Origin: Dictyostelium discoideum
Lineage: Eukaryota
Direction: 5' to 3'
DNA length: 64,000 nt
Assembly (NCBI GenBank): GCA_000004695.1
Contig: CM000152.2
Coordinates: 1,248,001-1,312,000, forward strand
The translations under genes and the position numbers were made by a program. Of this stretch, positions 14,976 through 28,261 are shown piece after piece; within the stretch, counting starts at the first letter, position 1, and each line of letters starts with the position of its first letter. The notes below the pieces were generated by a model, which was given only the letters and a program-made list of their open reading frames with translations, did not search any database and was not told where the DNA came from.

Positions 14976-15360
14976 TTTTTTTATGTTTACAAAAAAAATA
15001 AAAATATAAAAATTAAAAAAAAAAAAAAAAAAAATCTAAAAATATCTAGGTTTGTATAAAATACCAAAAATTTTAATCAAAAAAAAAAAAATATTGGTTT
15101 TTTGATTTATTTTAATTTTTAATAGACATGTTTAAGCTGTGAAATTATCACCATTATCTATTATTATTATCATTATTATTATTGTTATTATTATAATTAT
15201 TATAGATTAAATAGAAAAACTTTTTTTAATTTATTTAAATATTTAATAAATGTGAAACACCTTTTGGTATTTGTTTAGATTGTAAAACTAGGACTTCCCT
15301 CTATTAAAAAAAAAAAAAAAAAAAATTAATAAATGATCTAATTAATTACTATTCCACTTT

Positions 15361-15495
15361 TTATTTTAAAGATTGGTTGATATACAAACTTCCTGGTTTT
15401 GGTGCTGCTGCTGGTGGAGTGGGTTTAAAAAAGATTTGATTTTTATTACTATTTCCTCCTGGACAGATTGCAGTGGATGGCAGAGTGAAAGTCAT
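15361..15495 (-). CDS. Small ORF copy 3 (44 aa) MTFTLPSTAICPGGNSNKNQIFFKPTPPAAAPKPGSLYINQSLK
   Basis: ATG..TAA ORF. PTPPAAAPKPGSLYINQ aligns with copy-1 IPKPAVAPPAPLVTQ. Confidence 0.25.
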   Translation of the reverse strand: MTFTLPSTAICPGGNSNKNQIFFKPTPPAAAPKPGSLYINQSLK

Positions 15496-15610
15496 TGTTG
15501 AGAAATAAAAAAGTAATGATGATGGGAATGAAATAAAAAAAAAAAAAAAAATTAAAAAAAATAAGAGTTATTATTGTGTGGGATGAAAAAAAAAAATAAA
15601 AAAAAAAAAA

Positions 15611-15644
<34 letters not shown>

Positions 15645-16353
15645 TCTGAAAATATCTTTTTTATTTGTACATTTGCACTTTTTTTAAAAAAATATTTTCA
15701 TTTTTATTTTATTTTTTTTTATTTTCCATTTATATTTATTTTATTGTTTTTTTAAAAAAAAAGATAATTGATTGGATATAATTAAAATAATTAAATAGTT
15801 ACCTCTCTTATTTTTAATTATTATTATTATTTTTTTTTAATTTTTAAATCCAAATAAATGAATTGAATCTGGATTATTATAGGTTTTTTTTCTTTTTAAT
15901 AATTAAATTAGAAATAAAAAAAAAAAAAATATATTTATATATACCGATTCAGTCAAATAAATTATATTATTTTATTTTATTTATTTTTTATTCAAAATAA
16001 TCTATTTTTTTTAAATAAAATATATTCCCTCTCCTTTTTCCTCAAAATATAAAACAATTACAAAAAATGAATAATAATTAAATTCTAAAAATGAAATTTT
16101 TGATTAAAAAAATAAATAAATAAAATAAAAATAAAAATAAAAATTGATGATTAAAATAAGTTTTTATTCTTTTTTTATTTATTTGAAAAGGTGACACATT
16201 TATTATTTTTTAATTTTTTTAATTTTTTCAAAAAAAAAAAAATAAAAAAAAAAAAAAAAAAAAAAAATTGAAAAAAAAAGAATAAAAATATTTATTTTGT
16301 CATTGGCAATACCAATAATATAACTTTTCATAAAACAAGTTTTATCTCTAAAA

Positions 16354-16486
16354 ATGTGGATTTCCAAAACCAGTAAACCTAATGGATTATTTTTATTTTT
16401 TAGGCCAATATTAAGAAACCCATATTTTGTACTTGAAAAACAAAATACAAATTATTTAATCACAGGTAACATTACCTTCAATAATT

Positions 16487-16520
<34 letters not shown>

Positions 16521-17280
16521 TTTACTTATTTTTTAAAAAAAAAACAATTTTCCTAACTAATAATTTTTTTAAAAAAAAAAGATAAAAGATTTTTACCAAA
16601 AGAATTTTTTTCAAATAAAAATTTTCAATCAAGTATTATTAAAAATAAAAATGATGATGATTATGATTATGATAGTAATAATAATGAAAAATCAATAAAG
16701 AATTTTTTTAAAACATTAAAAGATAAAGATATTAAAGGTGCTTTCAAGGATTTCAAAGAGAAACAAGCTTCAATCACATTAGGTTTCAAAGAGAATAAAG
16801 AAGAATTTGCAAATTTACAAAAAATGCATGACCAAAAACCATTACCACCATTAAATGAAAATGATAAAAAAGCAATGGAACAATTTGGTTTACCAGGTAA
16901 TGATATAATGGTACCATTTATATCATTAACAAATAATGGAAATAATAATAACAATAATAATAATAATAATAACAATAATAATATGATGGGACCAAGACAA
17001 TATAGTTTTTTAACCAAATTGTGGGTTCGTATTATTCCATATGTACCAGTATCATGGTTATTAAGACCAAATGAATCTTATAGAATCCTTTCAACCATTG
17101 ACCCATTAGAACCAACTTTAATATCAACCTCTTCAAATTTTAAAGATATTCAACATCATTGGAACCTTATCGATAAAGAACTCTATAATAGTTTAAAGGT
17201 CTTACCAACAACCTTTGAGAAAAATCATCGTTTAGATTCTTTCTTAAATATTAAACTTCATTCTTTTCCAACTCGTCCTG

Positions 17281-17291
<11 letters not shown>
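16354..17291 (+). CDS. Hypothetical protein with an N-terminal mitochondrial-type presequence (about 273 aa); join(16354..16465,16582..17291)
   Basis: Exon 1 MWISKTSKPNGLFLFFRPILRNPYFVLEKQNTNYLIT is basic, hydroxylated and without acidic residues. It ends on a GTAACA donor at 16466 in phase 1. An aaaaAG acceptor lies at 16580-16581, giving a 116-nt intron. Exon 2 reads through the annotated ORF 16824-17291 in frame (KRFLPKEFF...MHDQKPLPPLNENDKKAMEQFGLPGNDIMVPF...(N)n...WVRIIPYVPVSWLLRPNESYRIL). Confidence 0.5.
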
Positions 17292-17323
<32 letters not shown>

Positions 17324-17393
17324 ATAGTTTTTTTTTATTTTTAAATAATAAATTTATTATTATTATTATTATTATTGTTTTTTTTTTTAAATT

Positions 17394-18777
17394 TTAAGAT
17401 GCCTCTGGAGAATCGAATAGTTTTTTACATTCATCTTCCATAAAATCTTTATAAACTTCGAATCTATGATTTAAGGATTTTTCAGTATGAATTTTTAGAT
17501 AGGAACCCAAGCCACCATCTCTACTACTTGAACCATATACAACTCTTTTAACTCTACTATGAACTAGAGCCATTGAGCACATTATGCAGGGCTCTTTAGT
17601 TATAAATAAATGAAAGTTTGTCGCTAAATATTGTCCAAGATTTACAAAACTTAAAATATTACATTCTTCTTTTTCTTCTTTTTCTTCTTTTTCTTCTTTT
17701 TCTTTTTCTTCATCATTATCATTACAAATTTCATTTTCATTTTTATTTTCATTTTTATTTTCATTTTCGTTTCGATTTTCAAATTGTTTCTCTTTTTCAA
17801 ATTTTTTTTGTTCTTTCATTTGTTTTTTAATATCATCAACTTGTTCAGTTGATAATTTATTGGTTATTGTCATTATACAATGAGAAATGATTGGTGAAAT
17901 ATATTGAGTCTCTGAGATTTCAGGTGTTTCGTCCACTGATATTCTATTGGTTTGATCATATGATGTTGCAACGATTTTATTAGTATTTGGGTCAATTAAA
18001 ACTGCACCAATTCCTTTATGACCTCTCTTTTTACCAATCTCAGCTTGCTCAATAGCTAATGACATATACTTTCTCATTTCTAATAATGTTTCATCTTTTA
18101 CATTTGATATTAATGGTGTTGAACTATTATTATTATTAATATTATTATTATTATTATTATTATAAAGATGGTTAGTACAAAACAATATGAATAAAAAAAA
18201 AAAAAAAAGAAAATAATAAAAAAATAAAAAAATCATACAAAATATGAGCTCTAAATACACATGGCCAAATATTATAATTCCAATCCTCCCATATTTCATA
18301 AAGCAAAGGTGGATATTTTGGTACTTTTTCAATTGAAACTATAAAATCATTACTTTTTATAAATTTAATAATTCCTTTTTGTTCATTTGATAATGATTGA
18401 TATTCACTATCATCATCATTACCTATAAATTTAATTTCACCCAACTCTTTATCATATTCAACATTCTCTAATATAATCTTTAAATTCTTAAATCTAGATT
18501 CACCACAAATTAATAATTGTAATAAATTACCTGTTTGTGATGATTGTTTTGTTGAATTTTTTGAAACTTTATTATCTTTTTCTACTTCTTCTTCTTCCTC
18601 TTCTTTATGTTTATCTTTTTCTTTATCACCATCAACAATTGTAGTTGATGGTGGAGGTGGTGATGGTTTCTTTTTTATTTTCTTTAAATGATTAAATTCA
18701 GAGGTGAAATCATCATTAATAATGTGTGATAATGTTTTTATATGTTTATTTGCTGTTTGTGCTAATATATCAATCAC
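17394..18777 (-). CDS. tRNA-specific adenosine-34 deaminase non-catalytic subunit (Tad3/ADAT3-like); complement(join(17394..18123,18239..18777)). The true 5' end is probably in an upstream exon.
   Basis: CDA-fold zinc motifs H-C-I (ISHCIMT, with the catalytic Glu replaced as in Tad3/ADAT3) and TKEPCIMCSMALVHSRVKRVVYG. The flanks LLEMRKYMSLAIEQAEIGKKRGHKGIGAVLIDPNTNKIVATSYD and LGSYLKIHTEKSLNHRFEVYKDF are collinear with the human ADAT3 deaminase domain. The two overlapping ORFs 18172-18777 and 17394-18332 are joined by a GTATGA donor at 18233-18238 and an aataatAG acceptor at 18124-18125, giving a 115-nt intron in phase 2. The 18239-18777 exon has no in-frame ATG. The track's start codon there is GTG, and the frame is open upstream to about 18845. 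Confidence 0.7.
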
Positions 18778-18872
18778 ATATATATTATCTAATAATATTA
18801 TTAAAGAAGTGAGAATTAGAACTTGAGATGTTTTTTTTTTAATCTTTTAATTTTTTAATTTTTTTTTTTTTT

Positions 18873-19160
18873 TTACAAACCTAAAACCAAACCATATTCC
18901 TCAAAATCGTCCAAAACTGGTTTAACTTGAGTTTTTATTCTTTTTAAAAATTCATTTTCTTCTTCGGTGAATTTTGGTGTTTCAACTTTATTTTTATTAT
19001 TTTTACTGGTGTTTACTTTCTTTTGTTTATTTGATTCTTTTTTATTATTTTCACTTTTATTTATATTATTATTATCATCAATTATTTTAGTATTAATATC
19101 TAAATTAGTTTCTGATTGTTGTGTCATTTCATTATGATCTCTTTTATGAATACTACGCAT
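18873..19160 (-). CDS. 95-aa ORF MRSIHKRDHNEMTQQ...FEEYGLVLGL. Either a small basic protein or the first coding exon of the downstream Tad3-like gene.
   Basis: Genuine ATG at 19158-19160. Lys/Asn-rich. Its 3' end (ggtttgtaa) lies 95 nt upstream of the open frame of the Tad3-like exon. Only weak GTTTGT/GTTTGG donors are available. Confidence 0.3.
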   Translation of the reverse strand: MRSIHKRDHNEMTQQSETNLDINTKIIDDNNNINKSENNKKESNKQKKVNTSKNNKNKVETPKFTEEENEFLKRIKTQVKPVLDDFEEYGLVLGL

Positions 19161-19359
19161 AGTTATTTGTATACATTAAAAAAAAAAAAAAAAAAAAAAT
19201 AATAAAAAAAAAGTTATAAGAACGAGAAATGAAAAATTAAAAAATTAAAAAAAACGTTTGGGAAATTTTTTTTTTATGTTTTTTTTTTTTTTTGACCCAC
19301 AATTTTTGGTGTATATATTTATTTATTAAAGGAAAATCTTAATTTTATTTTATTTTTGG

Positions 19360-19390
<31 letters not shown>

Positions 19391-19447
19391 TAAGAATTGA
19401 AAAAAAAAAAGAATTGAAAAAAAGAAAAAAAAAAAAAAAAATTATTA

Positions 19448-20800
19448 TTATTTCATAGATTTTGGTACAGATTTTTTATAATATGGTATTGAATTTGATT
19501 CTTTTAATCTTCTATAAGCTTCTCTAATATGTCTTGGACGAATTGGTCCAGTTTCTCTCCATTCTTCCATGATTGATCTTGCCAATTCAACTATTTCACC
19601 AACGAAAACCTTTGCAATACCACCCATAACAATTGCAGAGGTTTGATTTACAGGTGCAGATAAAACTGATTGCATAACTTTTTTAATATTTGCACGTTGA
19701 AATGATGATCTTTTATAATATTCGAATCTAGTTTGTTGATCTTCTGAAAAATGTTTAATCAATGTATTCATTTGAGTATTCTCTCTAACTTGCATTTCTG
19801 AAAGATTGAATGTTGATTCATCATCGTCATCATCATTACCCTCACCTTCTGATGAATCAGAGTCTGAATCAGAGTCAGAATCAGAATCAGAATCAGAGTC
19901 AGAATCATCTGAATCCGATTCGTCAGAATCCGAATCATCAGAGTCTTCATCAGAATCTTCATCACTACCACTACCACTTCCATCTTCATCGTCATCGTCT
20001 GATTGTAATCTACCTCTATTTTTATTTTTTTGAAATATTTTTTTTCTTTTTCTATTACTTTTTTCAAAATCTGAATCACTTTCACTTTCTTCATCTTCAT
20101 CTTCATCCTCATCTTCTTCATCATTATTATTATTGTTATTTTTCTTTTTATTTTTTGAATTATTATCATCGTCATCATCATCCTCATCTTCATCATCATC
20201 GTTATCAGCACTTTCATCATCTTCAGATTGTTCTATTTTTTTTGAAGTTTTATTTACTGTTGGTTTTTTATTAGCCGATGCTGTTGAAGGTGTTGATATA
20301 CGTTGTTTCTTTGTTGATTGTGAAGGTGATGGTAAATCTAAAATACTTGGTGTACTTGGTTGACTATTAGATGTTGATGTAGATGATGTTGAGGTTGTTG
20401 CTGTTGTGGTGGTTGTGGTTGCTGTTGTTGGTGGTGGTGGTGTACCTAATGGAGGTGCAACTGTTGTAACTGATTGTTGTGCTGCTAATTGTTTCTTTGT
20501 TAATTTCTTTGGTTTTTGTTCTTTTGTATCTTTTTGATCTTTTGGTTCTTTAGGAGTTGCAGGTGTTTTCTTTTCTTTTGATACCTTTGGTTCTTTTGAT
20601 TCTTTTGATTGTTTTGGTTGTTTTGGTTCTTTAGTTTGTTTTGGTTCTTTTGGTTGTTTTGGTTCTTTAGTTTTTGTTACTTTTGGTTCTTTAGGTGTAG
20701 TTGTTTTCTTTTCTTTATTCTCTTTAGCTTTTGGTGTTTTCTTTTCTTTACCAGTTGATCCTGGTGAAGCTATATCCATCATTGGTTGTGATTCTGACAT
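19448..20800 (-). CDS. taf11: TFIID subunit TAF11 (TAFII28) with a long N-terminal K/E/P-rich and D/S-rich acidic extension (450 aa)
   Basis: C-terminal histone-fold region FSEDQQTRFEYYKRSSFQRANIKKVMQSVL...AIVMGGIAKVFVGEIVELARSIMEEWRETGPIRPRHIREAYRRLK matches human TAF11 (FSEEQLNRYEMYRRSAF...ISKVFVGEVVEEALDV...REAVRRLK). ATG at 20798-20800. Confidence 0.8.
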   Translation of the reverse strand: MSESQPMMDIASPGSTGKEKKTPKAKENKEKKTTTPKEPKVTKTKEPKQPKEPKQTKEPKQPKQSKESKEPKVSKEKKTPATPKEPKDQKDTKEQKPKKLTKKQLAAQQSVTTVAPPLGTPPPPTTATTTTTTATTSTSSTSTSNSQPSTPSILDLPSPSQSTKKQRISTPSTASANKKPTVNKTSKKIEQSEDDESADNDDDEDEDDDDDDNNSKNKKKNNNNNNDEEDEDEDEDEESESDSDFEKSNRKRKKIFQKNKNRGRLQSDDDDEDGSGSGSDEDSDEDSDDSDSDESDSDDSDSDSDSDSDSDSDSDSSEGEGNDDDDDESTFNLSEMQVRENTQMNTLIKHFSEDQQTRFEYYKRSSFQRANIKKVMQSVLSAPVNQTSAIVMGGIAKVFVGEIVELARSIMEEWRETGPIRPRHIREAYRRLKESNSIPYYKKSVPKSMK

Positions 20801-21373
20801 CTTTTTTTTAAAAATTTATATATATTTACTTATTTATTTATTTAAATTCAAACTCATTTATACAAATACAAAGTTTGAAAATAATTAAAAAAAAATGAAA
20901 AAAATAAAAAAAAAAAAATAAAAAAATTTTGGGTGTGAAAATGAAAATTAAAAAAAAATAAAAAAATAAAAAAAATTATGGTATTTATTAATTACAACTA
21001 GTTTTATTTATTTTAAATAATTTTTGTTTTAAATTAAGTAGTTTTTTTTTTTTTTTTTTGTTTCAAATACAATTTTCTTTTTATTTATTTTTTTTAATAA
21101 AATTTTTATATTAAAAAAAAAAAAAATTTAATTTAAAAAGAGTATTTGAATTTTAATCTAGGAAAAATTTGTGAAATTAAATAATAACTTTATATTTAAT
21201 TCGTTATCTGAAATTTTTCCAAAAAAAAAATAAAACAAAAATTATTATTAAAATAGATAAGAAACTAAAAAAAGTAATTAAAAAAAAAAAAAAAAAAATA
21301 ACAAACTATAAAAAAAAAAAAGGAAAAAAATAATAAATATTATTTTATTATTTTTATTAATTTAACACATAGA

Positions 21374-25426
<4,053 letters not shown>

Positions 25427-26785
25427 TTGACAAGTATATTCTTTTTTTTAATCTTTTTTTTTTTTTAATCTTTTTTTTTTTTTTTTTTTTTTTGGATAAA
25501 AAAAAAAAAAATTAAATATTGAAAAAAAGAAAAAGAAGAAAAAAAAAAAAAAAAACAATTTAGTATAAGTGATACACTATTATTTATAAATACCACAAAT
25601 ACAGAAAATTGGTTTTTTATTTTTTTATTTATTTCTTTTTTTTTATTTGTGTGTGTTTTTAATCGATTTATGTTACTGAAAAAAAAATAGAAAAAAAAAT
25701 TTTTTTTGAAAAACAAAAAAAAAAAAAAATGAAAATAAATAAAAAAAAAAATAACTAACTATCGTGAGAGCTTAAAATTTTTTAAAATAAAATAAAATAA
25801 AATAAATATTAAGTTAAAAAAAGGAAAAAAAAGAAAAGAAAGGGAAATTTTGACCAACAACCTTTTTTGGTTTTTTTTTTTTTTTTTTTTCTTTTTTTTT
25901 TCTTTTAACTTATTATTTTTTTTTTTTTTTTTTTTTTATTTTTTTTTTTCTTTTTATTTTTAAAATTTATTTTTAAAATTTATTTTTATTTTTTTTTTTT
26001 TTTTTTTTTTTTTTTTCCCAAATGGAAATAATTAAAAATAAAATTTAAACAAATCAAAAAATAAAAAAAATTCTTTTTTTGGTATTGAAATAATAATTTT
26101 TATTATTACAAACTTAATTTAAATTAATTAATTAATTTTAAATCACACTTTATAATTGTTAACTATTTTTATTATTATTTTTTTATAATTTTTGGTTTTA
26201 TCTTAAAAATAAAATAACCAAACGTAATGTAATAGATAATCTGATTATTAATATATTTGCAAAGAAAAAAAAAAAAAATCAAAACTATTTAAATGAGTTA
26301 TTTGAAAATTATCTCTTTTTTTTTTTTTTTAATTTGTTTTAATTTATTTTTCATTTTGAAATTTTTTGATTAACTTTGAATTCAAGTTTTTTTTTTTTTT
26401 TTTCCCAAAAATAAACAATCTAATAATAAAAATAAAAATAAAACTACAATTACATATTTAAAGATGAAGAAGAAACTACAACAAATGATGCCAACTATAA
26501 TATACATGTAGCATATGATTCAGGTAGGAATGTGTTGCTCAAACTCATTAATTAAATCAACACCAAGTAATACTCTCCGCTTAACATCAAAAACAAAATA
26601 AAATAGAAAATTTTTTTTTTATTTTTTTTTTTTTAATTTTTTTTTATTTTTTTTTTATTTTTTTTTTTTTTTTTAAATTAAATTTTTTTAATGAACATCA
26701 AAAATTTTTTTTTTTTTTTCAATCAATTTTTTTTTTTTTTCATAAAATTTTTACACACACATATATATTTATATAAATTACAAAA

Positions 26786-27953
26786 ATGTCACGTAGTGGA
26801 ACAGCAGGTTATGATATGAGTATTATTTTCTCACCACAAGGAAAATTATACCAAATTGAATATGCATTCAAAGCAATTAAAACTGGTGGTTTAACATCAG
26901 TTGGAATTCGTGGTAAAGATTGCGTTGTTGTAGCAACTCAAAAGAAAATCCCAGACAAGTTAATTGACCCAAAATCTGTCACATCACTCTATAAATTAAC
27001 AGATTATATTGGTTGTGTTCAAACTGGTATTGTTCGTAAGTATTTATAAATAAAAATATTCATTATTATTATTATTATTATTAATTACTAACATTATAAT
27101 AATAATAATAACAATAATATAACAATGATAATGATAATAATGATAATGATAATAATGATAATAATGATAATAATGATAATAATGATAATAATAATAATAA
27201 TAATATTAATGATAATGATGATAATGATGATAATATTAATAAATGATGATAAAATTCAATAGCGGATTCAAAATCACAAGCAAGTAGAGCAATTCAAGAA
27301 TGTGCAACATTCCATCATAAATTTGGTTACCAAATTCCACCAAACGTTTTAGCAAAGAGAATGGCTGATATTGCTCAACTTTCAACACAACACGCTTCAG
27401 CACGTCCATTAGGTGTTGGTATGTGTTTCATTACTACTACTACTACTACTATATAGGTGTGTAAATTAATTATAAATTAAAATTAACATTTCTTTTTTTT
27501 TTTTTTATTTTTTTTTTTTTTTTTAAAAAAATCAATAGCTATGATTCTTATTGGTATTGATGATGAATTAGGTCCACAACTTTTCAAAGTAGATCCAGCT
27601 GGTGTTTTTACAGGTTATAAAGCAACTGCTGCTGGTGAAAAAGAACAAGAATCAACAAATTTCCTCGAGAAAAAGTTTAAATCTAATCCACAATTATCAA
27701 AAGATGAAACCATTCAAGTAAGTTTAATAGTAGTAATAATAATAATAATAATTAAAATTGAAAGGAATTTACTAATACTTTTAAATTATTTTTTTAAAAG
27801 ATGGCAATTTCAACATTACAAAGTGTACTTGGAGCAGATCTTAAATCATCAGATTTAGAGATTGGTATTTGTACAATGGATAATAGAAAGTTTGTTATTA
27901 TGACTGATGAAGATATTGATAGTCAATTAACTAAATTAGCTGAAAGAGATTAA
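26786..27953 (+). CDS. psmA6: 20S proteasome subunit alpha type-6 (PSMA6 / yeast Scl1 class), about 245 aa; join(26786..27035,27263..27418,27539..27717,27801..27953)
   Basis: [66 protein letters not shown]...[103 protein letters not shown]...[28 protein letters not shown]...LAERD is collinear with human PSMA6. Donors are GTAAGT, GTATGT and GTAAGT, and all introns end in ...tag/...aag. Confidence 0.9.
27113..27240 (+). repeat. Minisatellite (aatgataat / gataataatgataat)n in intron 1 of psmA6
   Basis: Direct reading of tgataatgataataatgataatgataataatgataataatgataataatgataataatgataataat. Confidence 0.85.
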
Positions 27954-28261
27954 AGAAGAATAAATTAAATTAATGAAATAACATAAATTAATTGTGATAG
28001 TATATAATATATTAATAAAAAAAAAAAAATAAAAATAAAAAAAAAAAATAGAAAATAAAAAATAAAAAAATAAAAAACAACAATAATAATAAATCAGTTT
28101 ACTGTAAATAGATTATAAATTTTATACTTTCAATGATTAAAAAAAAAAAAAAACCTATATTTTTTATTTAAATGTTTATTTATTTATTTATTTGTTTATT
28201 TGATACTATATGTTATTATTGTTTTTTTTTATTTTTATTTTTTTTTATTTTTTTTATTTAT

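Noticed and set aside
19768-20363. Four overlapping ORFs inside the TAF11 coding region (poly-M/K, poly-S, poly-H)
   Set aside because: Alternate-frame readings of the (gatgaa)/(tcagaa) acidic repeat. TAF11 on the minus strand explains the region.
26440-26580. Moderately GC-rich island about 250 bp upstream of psmA6, with a 15-codon ORF
   Set aside because: Too short, with no recognisable RNA motif. Most likely a promoter element. Not reportable as a feature.
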